In this document: positions 21,496 to 29,752 of the stretch, one piece after another
How positions within the stretch are numbered: position 1 is the stretch's first letter
How the letters are laid out: every line of letters begins with the position of its first letter
NCBI GenBank assembly: GCA_934176955.1
Contig: CAKPOS010000006.1
Span: 8,566-72,565 of the forward strand
DNA: 64,000 bases
From: an uncultured Bacilli bacterium
GTDB taxonomy: Bacteria > Bacillota_I > Bacilli_A > RF39 > UBA660
Reading direction: 5' to 3'
The notes under the pieces: generated by a model
Seen by the model: the letters and a program-made list of their open reading frames with translations, nothing else
What the model was told of the DNA's origin: nothing
Database searches by the model: none
Program-made: the position numbers and the translations under genes

Positions 21496-23937
21496 ATGCA
21501 AGAAGAAAGAGATAAGAAAATATCAGTTAATATAGTAGAAGAAATGAGGACTTCTTTTCTTGACTATTCAATGAGTGTAATTGTAGCAAGAGCAATTCCA
21601 GATGTGCGAGATGGATTAAAACCTGTTCATCGAAGAGTATTATATACTTTATATGAAGAAGGTATGACACCTGATAAGAAATATCAAAAGAGTGCTAATG
21701 CTGTTGGTGCTGTTATGGGTCATTATCATCCACATGGAGATAGTGCTATTTATGATACTATGGTTAGAATGGCTCAAGATTTTACTTATAGACATTGTTT
21801 GGTTGATGGTCATGGAAATTTTGGTTCGATAGATGGAGATGGTGCTGCAGCAAGTCGTTATACTGAAGCAAGATTAGCCAAGATATCAATGGAGTTATTG
21901 AGAGATTTGAATAAAGATACTGTTGATTTTTCTGAAAATTATGATGGTCAAAGAAAAGAACCAGTGGTTTTACCAAGTCGTTTTCCAAATATTTTAGTAA
22001 ATGGAAATATGGGAATAGCTGTTGGAATGGCTACCAATATTCCACCCCATAATTTGGGTGAAGTAATTGATGGTTGTGTAGCATATATTGACAATCCGGA
22101 TATTACTGTCTCTCAATTAATGGAATTTATTAAAGGTCCTGATTTTCCAACTTATGGAGTTATTTTAGGAAACAGTGGTATTAGAAAAGCATATGAGACT
22201 GGTAGAGGAACCATTACTATTAGAGGAAAAGTTGAAATTGTTGAAAAAGCAGGAAAATCACATATTGTTATAACTGAACTTCCTTATCAAGTTAATAAAA
22301 AGGCTTTAATTACTAGAATTGGTGAATTAGTTAGAGATAAAATATTAGATGGGATTTCTAATTTAAGTGATGAATCAGCTTTAGAGGGTATTAAAATAGT
22401 TATTGATGTAAAAAAAGATGCTAATATAAATGTTGTTTTAAATAATTTATACAAGCATACTCAGTTACAAACGACTTATGGCATTAATTTTTTGATGTTA
22501 GTAGATGGTCGTCCTCGTACTTTGGATTTAAAAACTATTTTAGAAAAGTATGTTGAACATCAAAGACATGTAATATATCGTAGATGTCAATTTGATTTGA
22601 AAAAATATAATGCTAGATTACATATTTTGAGTGGTTTAAAAATTGCTTTGGATAATATAGATAGGGTAATAAAGATTATTAGGGAATCAGAAACTGATGA
22701 AATAGCACAAGCTGAATTAATATCTAATTTTGGTTTATCAGAAATACAATCACAAGCTATTTTAGAGATGCGTTTAAAACGGTTGACAGGTATGGAAAAG
22801 TCGAAAATAGAAGAGGAAATTTCTGAATTATTAAAAATGATTGAAGAACTAGAAGAAATTTTAGCGTCTAAAGAAAAGATTGATGCTGTAATAAAGAAAG
22901 AAATGTTAGAAATTAAAGAAAAATATAGTGATGAGCGTAGAACTTATATAGATATGACAGCGATCGAATATATAGAGGATGAGTCATTGATACCTGTGGA
23001 AAACATAGTAATTACTCTTACAAATAAGGGATATATAAAAAGGTTACCTGTGGATTCTTATAAAACGCAACATAGAGGTGGTGTAGGAATAAAAGGAATG
23101 ACAACTAATGAAGAAGATTTTGTTGAAAACATTATTAATACCACATCACATGATTATATTTTATTCTTTACAACTAAAGGTCGAGTATTTAGAATAAAGG
23201 GTTATGAAATTCCGGAATTTTCTAGACAATCAAAAGGATTACCAATTATTAATTTATTAAATTTAGAAAAAAACGAAAAAGTGACGTCATTGTTAAAAAT
23301 AAGTAAAAATGATAACTGTAAATTTTTAGTCTTTGCGACAAAAAATGGTTTAATAAAAAGATCTGATATTTCTGAATTTAATAGTATTAGAAATAACGGG
23401 AAAAAAGCTATTACCTTAAAGGATAGAGATGAATTAATTTCTGTAAAAAAGACTAATGGAAGTAATGAAATTTTAATGGCTTCATCTAATGGAAGAATGG
23501 TTCGTTTTTCTGAAGAATCACTAAGGATAATGGGAAGAAGTGCTTCTGGAGTTAAAGGTATTAATTTAGACGGTGGTATATTAATTAATATGGATGTTGT
23601 TGAAAGTAATCAACAAGTTTTAGTAATTACAAGAAATGGTTATGGTAAAAAAACTCCAATAGAGGAGTATAGAATTACTAATCGTGCTGGAAAAGGTGTA
23701 AAGACTGTTAATATTACTGATAAAACTGGGGATATTGTATCTTTTGAAATAATACCTTCTGGATGTGATAAAGATGTTATGTTAGTTACAAATGAAGGAA
23801 TTATTATTCGAATAGATGTTTCTCAAATTTCTACCATGAGTAGAGTTACTCAAGGAGTTAAATTAATTAATTTAAAAGAAGAACAATTTGTTAGTTCTGT
23901 TACTATAATTGATAAATTAGAAGAATGTGAAGATTAG
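21496..23937 (+). CDS. gyrA: DNA gyrase subunit A
   Basis: HPHGDSAIYD and the active-site region AAASRYTEARL. C-terminal beta-pinwheel repeats. Confidence 0.95.
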   Translation: MQEERDKKISVNIVEEMRTSFLDYSMSVIVARAIPDVRDGLKPVHRRVLYTLYEEGMTPDKKYQKSANAVGAVMGHYHPHGDSAIYDTMVRMAQDFTYRHCLVDGHGNFGSIDGDGAAASRYTEARLAKISMELLRDLNKDTVDFSENYDGQRKEPVVLPSRFPNILVNGNMGIAVGMATNIPPHNLGEVIDGCVAYIDNPDITVSQLMEFIKGPDFPTYGVILGNSGIRKAYETGRGTITIRGKVEIVEKAGKSHIVITELPYQVNKKALITRIGELVRDKILDGISNLSDESALEGIKIVIDVKKDANINVVLNNLYKHTQLQTTYGINFLMLVDGRPRTLDLKTILEKYVEHQRHVIYRRCQFDLKKYNARLHILSGLKIALDNIDRVIKIIRESETDEIAQAELISNFGLSEIQSQAILEMRLKRLTGMEKSKIEEEISELLKMIEELEEILASKEKIDAVIKKEMLEIKEKYSDERRTYIDMTAIEYIEDESLIPVENIVITLTNKGYIKRLPVDSYKTQHRGGVGIKGMTTNEEDFVENIINTTSHDYILFFTTKGRVFRIKGYEIPEFSRQSKGLPIINLLNLEKNEKVTSLLKISKNDNCKFLVFATKNGLIKRSDISEFNSIRNNGKKAITLKDRDELISVKKTNGSNEILMASSNGRMVRFSEESLRIMGRSASGVKGINLDGGILINMDVVESNQQVLVITRNGYGKKTPIEEYRITNRAGKGVKTVNITDKTGDIVSFEIIPSGCDKDVMLVTNEGIIIRIDVSQISTMSRVTQGVKLINLKEEQFVSSVTIIDKLEECED

Positions 23938-23951
23938 TTTAAGTCATTCTA

Positions 23952-23985
23952 TGTTCCACGTGAAACATAGAATGACTTTTCCACA
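23952..23985 (+). promoter_or_regulatory. parS site 1 plus adjacent DnaA box, embedded in a 38-bp palindrome (23941-23978) right after gyrA
   Basis: TGTTCCACGTGAAACA (23952-23967), then 9 nt, then TTTTCCACA (23977-23985). The palindrome AAGTCATTCTATGTT/AACATAGAATGACTT can also serve as the gyrA terminator. Confidence 0.8.
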
Positions 23986-24010
23986 TATATATTAATAAGT
24001 AAAATATTTT

Positions 24011-24035
24011 GACTTTATATTAAAGTCTTTTTTTT
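24011..24035 (+). terminator. intrinsic terminator
   Basis: GACTTTA-TAT-TAAAGTC followed by T8. Confidence 0.6.
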
Positions 24036-24454
24036 ATCAACTTAATTTAATATATATTAGGGTACTATATTCTAAATATTTTTTATGTAAAGAGTAATTT
24101 TTTTTATATAAAATAGATTTATCAACATAAAAATAAAGAATTTAATAATATACAAATATTAAAATAAGATAAGTTTTAAGTCTGTAAAAGTAAAGAAATA
24201 AACGACATAGCAATGATATTACGTTATCGTATTCTTTCAATTGAAGATAAGTAAATTCGTTATTTTATGTTGTTATGATTGAAAAAACTAATTTGAATTG
24301 GAAATATATGAATATATAGAATTAATTAAGAGAAAAAATAGTTTTAGACAAGTAGATCTATTATAAATAGCAGAAATAATGTATTTAAAGATAGATTTTT
24401 GTAGTACTTTTTATAATTTTTGAGTAATGTTAAAATTTTTGTTTAAATCAATAA

Positions 24455-24487
24455 TGTTTCACGTGAAACATAAAATAAATTTCCACA
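24455..24487 (+). promoter_or_regulatory. parS site 2 plus adjacent DnaA box
   Basis: TGTTTCACGTGAAACA (perfect palindrome, 24455-24470), then 8 nt, then ATTTCCACA (24479-24487). Confidence 0.8.
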
Positions 24488-25101
24488 GTAGATATAAATT
24501 CATCTTTTTTTGTAATAATTGTATATATATATTTAAATTTGTTATGAATTAATTTTTCTTTTATGTCATTATATTTTCTTAGTTTAGTTAATATAAAAAA
24601 AATAATTTTATGTTATAAAGAAAGATGGAAATATAAATAAATAACTGATGAAATGTTTTTTGAATCTTATAATTGGGAAGTATTTTATCATTTATAAGTT
24701 TGAAGGTAAAAATAAGTATTTTTGGCTGATGAGAAAGAAGGCAGTATATAAATAATTAATTATCTAAGTAATTAGCATAAAGTAGGATTTATTTATGAGT
24801 GAAAGAAAAAAATCTTTAAAGATTAGTTTGAAAATTGTATTTTAAGCTGCAATTAGAACATTAATCTTTATAGAATTTAAAGAAATTTTCGGCAAGTTAG
24901 ATATTTTTCTATAAATAAAAAATCTAATAATAATATCAACATGTTTAAAGAATATAAATTTGTAATATACAAACGAGAAAAATTCTAAAAATAATTTTTT
25001 TACATTCTTATAGATATCTATATTATTTTTTTGTTTATTAAACTTTATAATTTATTTGTTTTTTTAGAGAATTTTTGAACAATTAAATTTGTACATTTTT
25101 A

Positions 25102-25131
25102 TGTTTCACGTGGAACATAAAGTTATCCACA
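25102..25131 (+). promoter_or_regulatory. parS site 3 plus adjacent perfect DnaA box
   Basis: TGTTTCACGTGGAACA (25102-25117), then 5 nt, then TTATCCACA (25123-25131). Confidence 0.85.
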
Positions 25132-25154
25132 GTACTTTAATTTTTAATATAATA

Positions 25155-25187
25155 TGTTTCACGTGGAACATATTAATATTTTCCACA
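25155..25187 (+). promoter_or_regulatory. parS site 4 plus adjacent DnaA box
   Basis: TGTTTCACGTGGAACA (25155-25170), then 8 nt, then TTTTCCACA (25179-25187). Confidence 0.8.
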
Positions 25188-25373
25188 AGCAACTAAATTT
25201 ATTACATGTAGTTTAGTAATTGGGGAAAATTGGTTAATAACATTGGCATAGTAGGTCAAGTTCGTTAGAAATCAAGGAAAAAAGTATACCAAAATTCATA
25301 GATGACATTGAAATTGTTTGATTAAGGTCATACAAGATACTCCGTGTTTCTGTGTTGCGGAGAGGTTCATTTT

Positions 25374-25405
25374 AAAAAGCTAACGCTCAATTAGCTTTTT
25401 TATTT
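25374..25405. terminator. bidirectional intrinsic terminator with no annotated gene on either side
   Basis: AAAAAGCTAA-CGCTCA-ATTAGCTTTTTT, with an A-run before and a T-run after. Confidence 0.6.
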
Positions 25406-25457
25406 TGTGTGAAATTTATTTTTGAAACTAATAACATGATTTGTAGAAAACGACAAA

Positions 25458-25653
25458 AGTTACAGTTCAGTCAGATAAAATAAGTGTTTAAATGATATTT
25501 TTTTATAAAAAATACTAAAATAGTCTTATTTTACTAATAAATTGTGTGAAATTTTATCCATTTATCATTATTTTGTTTATTAAAATTTTTACGAACTTCT
25601 TTATTTATATTTGGTTAGAGCTGTTTTATATTTTTCTTGACTGAACTGTAACT
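25458..25653. mobile_element. MITE-like element: 16-bp perfect terminal inverted repeats, ~164-bp AT-rich core, flanking 6-bp direct repeat
   Basis: AGTTACAGTTCAGTCA (25458-25473) and TGACTGAACTGTAACT (25638-25653) are exact reverse complements. GACAAA lies immediately outside both ends (25452-25457 and 25654-25659). There is no ORF inside. Confidence 0.45.
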
Positions 25654-25682
25654 GACAAAAAAATTAAAATGGTAAGATCATA

Positions 25683-25711
25683 TTGATTTTTCTTTTTTTT
25701 TGTTTTATAAT
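25683..25711 (+). promoter_or_regulatory. sigma-A-type promoter of the SRP RNA
   Basis: TTGATT (25683-25688), 17 nt, TATAAT (25706-25711). The predicted start G at 25718 coincides with the first base of the SRP hairpin. Confidence 0.55.
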
Positions 25712-25717
25712 TATTTT

Positions 25718-25797
25718 GATGCAATAGTATTTATTTGGAATTAAGTCAGGATTGGAAAATAGCAGCTTTAACAGATTTTACTATGTGCATCTTTTTT
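25718..25797 (+). ncRNA. ffs: small (4.5S-type) signal recognition particle RNA
   Basis: Single hairpin GAUGCAAUAGUA...UACUAUGUGCAUC. Its apex GUCAGGAUU-GGAA-AAUAGCAGC matches the domain IV consensus GUCAGGUCC-GGAA-GGAAGCAGC (GGAA tetraloop, symmetric-loop UCAGG/AGCAG). A U-run follows. The position immediately upstream of dnaX matches scr-dnaX in B. subtilis. Confidence 0.7.
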
Positions 25798-25916
25798 ATA
25801 ATTTTAGTGTATAACATTGTTTATATTTTTTTACAAACAAATGTTCTTTATTTTTTATAGAAATTTTTAATCATATATGTTATAATATATATTTATATAA
25901 AGGTGGTGATTGTAAT

Positions 25917-27608
25917 TTGGCATATCTTGCATTATATAGAAAATATAGGCCTAAAAATTTTGATGACTTAGTTGGTCAAAATGAAATTGTGAATATTATT
26001 AAAAATGAAATTTTAAATAATAAACTATCTCATGCTTACTTATTTTCTGGTCCTCGTGGTACTGGAAAAACTTCCACTGCAAAGATTATTTCTAGAATGA
26101 TTAATTGCGAAAATTTGGGAGATGATGGTGTACCTTGTAATAAATGTGAAAGCTGTGTACATTTTTCAGAAAATAGTGATATTATTGAAATTGATGCAGC
26201 TTCTAATAATGGAGTAGATGAAATACGTGAATTAAGGGATAAAGTCAATTTGGTTCCTACTTATGGTAAATATAAAGTATATATAATTGATGAAGTTCAT
26301 ATGTTGACTACTCAAGCTTTTAATGCATTGCTAAAAACATTAGAAGAACCTCCAGCACATGTAATATTTATTTTAGCTACTACAGAATTTTTTAAAATAC
26401 CTGAAACAATTGTTTCTAGATGTCAAAAATTTCAATTTTCGAAATTTTCTTTAAATGATATAGTTAATAGGTTACGTTATATTTCTACCCAAGAAAATAT
26501 ATCTGCTTCAGAAGATGTTTTATTTGAAATTGCTCGCTTGGCAGATGGTGGACTTAGAGATGCCATTAATATGTTAGATCAGTTGTCATCGTTTAATAGT
26601 AATGGTATAAAATTAGAAGATGTTTATTTATTAAATGGTGTTGTTTCTTATATGGATTTTTATGATTTATTATCGAATATGAAAAATTGCAATTGGGAAC
26701 AAATAATTGTTTTTTTTGAAGAATTTGATAGGAATGGCAAAGATTTTGAAAGATTTATAGAGGATTTAATATCTTTTGTAAGTGAAATTTTGCTTTATTT
26801 AGTGAACAATGATTTTAGAAGTAGTATTAAAGAAAAAAATGAATTAATAAAGAAAGTATCTAGTTTTTTCTCTAAAGAGAATTTATATGATTTTATATTG
26901 TTTTTGAATGATTTATTTTTTAAACTAAAAATCTCATCTTTTACTAAAATTTTAGTTAGTACAGAATTTATTAAATTTTCTCATTCAATTTTTTTGAATT
27001 CTGATATCGAAAAAAATAATAATCAAGTCGTTAATCATAGCAACAATATTAAAACACTAAATGAAAGTAGAATGTTAATTTCTTGTAATCAGAAAAAAAT
27101 TTCTGATGATGAAAAAAAAATTATAATTAATAATGCTTTTTCATCGGCTTCTAAAAAAAATAAGGAATCTTTTTTAAAAAAGTGGAATGAATTTAAAGAG
27201 TATATAGTAAATAATCAACAATTTTTTGGTATTTATGGTTTATTGAATGACATTGAAGTTTTAGTAGTAGGAGATAAAAATATAATATTTTTAGCTAGTT
27301 ATAACTCTATAATTACAAGGCTTTTTGAAAATATTTTTAGTATAGAGCAAGCTTTGAATGAGTTCTATGCTATTAAATATAAAATTGTTTTTTTGAATTC
27401 TGAACAATGGAAAAAAGAACGAGAAAAATATATACTAAATATAAAAAAAGGTGTAAAATATAATTATATTAATGAGAATGATGATAATTTAGCGTCAAAT
27501 AATTTTTCAGATAAAAAATTAAATAGTGACACATTTGACGATAATATAGAAAATGACGTTAATAAAATTACTTCAATTTTTGGAGATAATATTGTTTCGT
27601 TTGATTAA
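25917..27608 (+). CDS. dnaX: DNA polymerase III subunit tau (gamma/tau)
   Basis: Starts with TTG: MAYLALYRKYRPKNFDDLVGQ. Has GPRGTGKTS, IIDEVHML and a Zn module CNKCESC. Confidence 0.95.
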   Translation: MAYLALYRKYRPKNFDDLVGQNEIVNIIKNEILNNKLSHAYLFSGPRGTGKTSTAKIISRMINCENLGDDGVPCNKCESCVHFSENSDIIEIDAASNNGVDEIRELRDKVNLVPTYGKYKVYIIDEVHMLTTQAFNALLKTLEEPPAHVIFILATTEFFKIPETIVSRCQKFQFSKFSLNDIVNRLRYISTQENISASEDVLFEIARLADGGLRDAINMLDQLSSFNSNGIKLEDVYLLNGVVSYMDFYDLLSNMKNCNWEQIIVFFEEFDRNGKDFERFIEDLISFVSEILLYLVNNDFRSSIKEKNELIKKVSSFFSKENLYDFILFLNDLFFKLKISSFTKILVSTEFIKFSHSIFLNSDIEKNNNQVVNHSNNIKTLNESRMLISCNQKKISDDEKKIIINNAFSSASKKNKESFLKKWNEFKEYIVNNQQFFGIYGLLNDIEVLVVGDKNIIFLASYNSIITRLFENIFSIEQALNEFYAIKYKIVFLNSEQWKKEREKYILNIKKGVKYNYINENDDNLASNNFSDKKLNSDTFDDNIENDVNKITSIFGDNIVSFD

Positions 27609-27630
27609 TAAGAAAGAAGGATGATATAGA

Positions 27631-27933
27631 ATGAATATGCAGCAAATTATGAAACAAGCTCAAAAAATGCAAAAGGAGTTGCAAAAAACGCAAATTGAAT
27701 TAGAAAATACACATTATGAGGGAAAATCTTCTCTTGTAAGTGTAGTTTTAGATGGAAATAAGAATATTATTTCTGTCAAAATTGATAGTACAGATGATTT
27801 GGATAAAGATGATATTTCTATGTTGGAGGATATGATTTTAGTTGCTTTTAAAGATGCTGCTAAGAAAGTTGATTTAGATAAGGAAAAAAAGTTAGGCAAG
27901 TATGGTGCAGCTGGTCTTACAGGATTGATGTAA
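27631..27933 (+). CDS. ybaB: YbaB/EbfC nucleoid-associated protein
   Basis: 100 aa, MNMQQIMKQAQKMQKELQK... Conserved dnaX-ybaB-recR order. Confidence 0.9.
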   Translation: MNMQQIMKQAQKMQKELQKTQIELENTHYEGKSSLVSVVLDGNKNIISVKIDSTDDLDKDDISMLEDMILVAFKDAAKKVDLDKEKKLGKYGAAGLTGLM

Positions 27934-27934
27934 G

Positions 27935-28537
27935 ATGCTTCCAAATAGTTTAAAAAGAATAATTGATTGTTTTAAAAAATTACCTGGTATAGGTGAAAAG
28001 ACTGCGGAACGTCTGGCTTTTGCGTTGTTGGATTCTAGTAAAGAACAAATGACAATTTTTTCTGATTCAATTATTGATATTAGAGATAATATTTGTTATT
28101 GTAGTGTTTGTGGAAATATTTCTGATAGTGAAATTTGTAGTATTTGTTCCAGTTCCGTTAGAGATGATTCTATTGTTTTAGTAGTAGAAAAGTCAAAAGA
28201 TATTTTATCTTTTGAAAAAATTGGAGTTTTTAAAGGAAAATATCATGTTTTGAATGGATTAATTTCTCCAATTGATAATATTGGTCCGAATGATATTAAT
28301 TTGAATTCTTTAATTAGTCGAGTAAAAAATGGTAATATAAAAGAAATTATTTTTGCTTTGAAACCTAGTATAGAGGGTGAAACTACTTTACAATATATCA
28401 AGAAGTTATTATATGAGGTATCTAATGATGTTAAAGTTTCTAAATTAGCTATTGGTGTTCCTATTGGAGCTGATATGGAATATATTGATTCATTGACATT
28501 AGAATTAGCAATTGATGAAAGAAAAAGTTTAAATTAA
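27935..28537 (+). CDS. recR: recombination protein RecR
   Basis: HhH N-terminus, Cys4 finger CSVCGNISDSEICSIC and a Toprim domain. Confidence 0.95.
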   Translation: MLPNSLKRIIDCFKKLPGIGEKTAERLAFALLDSSKEQMTIFSDSIIDIRDNICYCSVCGNISDSEICSICSSSVRDDSIVLVVEKSKDILSFEKIGVFKGKYHVLNGLISPIDNIGPNDINLNSLISRVKNGNIKEIIFALKPSIEGETTLQYIKKLLYEVSNDVKVSKLAIGVPIGADMEYIDSLTLELAIDERKSLN

Positions 28538-28561
28538 TAAAAAAAACATAATATTTAATAG

Positions 28562-28753
28562 GTGATAGTTTTGAAATTTTTGTTTTGTATAAAACGTTTA
28601 ATTATTTCTATGCTGCTTATTTATTCGTTTGATGTTTTTTTTATATTTTTAAATACTGTAATTCCTATTAATTTTTTTACTGTAATTCTAGTAAGTTTTT
28701 TTGATATTCCAGGAATTTTTTGTATTTTTTTGTTTTCTCTATTTTTATATTAA
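28562..28753 (+). CDS. bofA: BofA-like small membrane protein (pro-sigma-K processing inhibitor family)
   Basis: Hydrophobic 63 aa. NTVIPINFFTVILVSFFDIPGIF resembles the BofA motif HVPINLVTTAISGILGIPGIA. The slot after recR matches B. subtilis. Confidence 0.55.
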   Translation: MIVLKFLFCIKRLIISMLLIYSFDVFFIFLNTVIPINFFTVILVSFFDIPGIFCIFLFSLFLY

Positions 28754-28774
28754 AGTTAAGAATTTTGAGGTGAT

Positions 28775-29752
28775 GTGATAGTGTTAAAAGATTATGAAAA
28801 AGAACAATTTATTGCATATACTATTATTAAACAATCTATAATGAATGATAAATTATCACATGCCTATTTAATTAATTCTAATAATTATGAAAAGGCATTT
28901 GATTTTTCTTTATCAATTGCAAAATATATATTCTGTAGTAATCATTTTGAGAATTTTTCTAGTGAAACTTGTTTAAATTGTAATATTTGTTCTCGAATTG
29001 ATAGTTTTAATTATCCAGAGTTAAAAATTATTTCTTCTGATTCTGCAGTAATTAAAAAAGAACAATTGTTGGATTTACAAAGTGAATTTAATCTTTCAAG
29101 TGTTGAAAATAAGTATCGCATTTATATTATAAAAGATTGTGATAAAATGAATAAACAAGCTTCTAATTGTTTATTGAAATTTTTAGAAGAGCCTGTTTCA
29201 AATGTAGTAGCAATTTTATTAACTAATTGTTTTTCTAATGTGTTATCTACAATTGTTTCTAGGTGTCAAATTTTAAGATTAAGTAATTCTTCTTATGATA
29301 AGAAAAATAATTTAAAAAATTTTTTGTTTTCGTTAAATGATAATAATGAAAATTTTAAGAATAATTATAGTGATGAACAAAAAGATTTAATTATTAAGGA
29401 AGTTTTTGATTTTATGTTTTATTTTGAAGAAAATGGGTTTGATTTTATGATTTATCTTAAGAAAAAGTGGAATTTTATTATTTCTTCTAGAGAAAATTGT
29501 AATTTTGCTTTTTTCTTACTTATTCAATTGTATTATGATGCACTAAAATTTAAAAATTCGTTTAAAAATTATTTTTTTGATGATTATAAAGATAATATTT
29601 CCTTTTTGTCTTCAAAAAATAGTACTGAACAGTTGATTAGTAAATTAGAAATATTACGATATGGTTATGATATGTTAAAGTGTAATTTGAATGTTAATCT
29701 TTTAGTGGATGATGTAATTATAAAGATGGGTGAAATAAATGAGCATAGTTGA
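28775..29752 (+). CDS. holB: DNA polymerase III delta-prime subunit
   Basis: SHAYLI.. and IYIIKDCDKMNKQASNCLLKFLEEP, an AAA+ clamp-loader fold without an intact Walker A. Confidence 0.8.
   Translation: MIVLKDYEKEQFIAYTIIKQSIMNDKLSHAYLINSNNYEKAFDFSLSIAKYIFCSNHFENFSSETCLNCNICSRIDSFNYPELKIISSDSAVIKKEQLLDLQSEFNLSSVENKYRIYIIKDCDKMNKQASNCLLKFLEEPVSNVVAILLTNCFSNVLSTIVSRCQILRLSNSSYDKKNNLKNFLFSLNDNNENFKNNYSDEQKDLIIKEVFDFMFYFEENGFDFMIYLKKKWNFIISSRENCNFAFFLLIQLYYDALKFKNSFKNYFFDDYKDNISFLSSKNSTEQLISKLEILRYGYDMLKCNLNVNLLVDDVIIKMGEINEHS

Noticed and set aside
24726-24733. CUGAUGAG hammerhead-like core in the gene-free spacer
   Set aside because: There is no matching CGAAA core element and no flanking helices I-III. 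It is an isolated 8-mer.
23938-25916. rRNA operon or tRNA genes after gyrA, as in B. subtilis rrnO
   Set aside because: The spacer has no conserved 16S/23S/5S stretches or tRNA T-arm (GGTTCGAATCC-like) signatures. It is far too AT-rich for rRNA.
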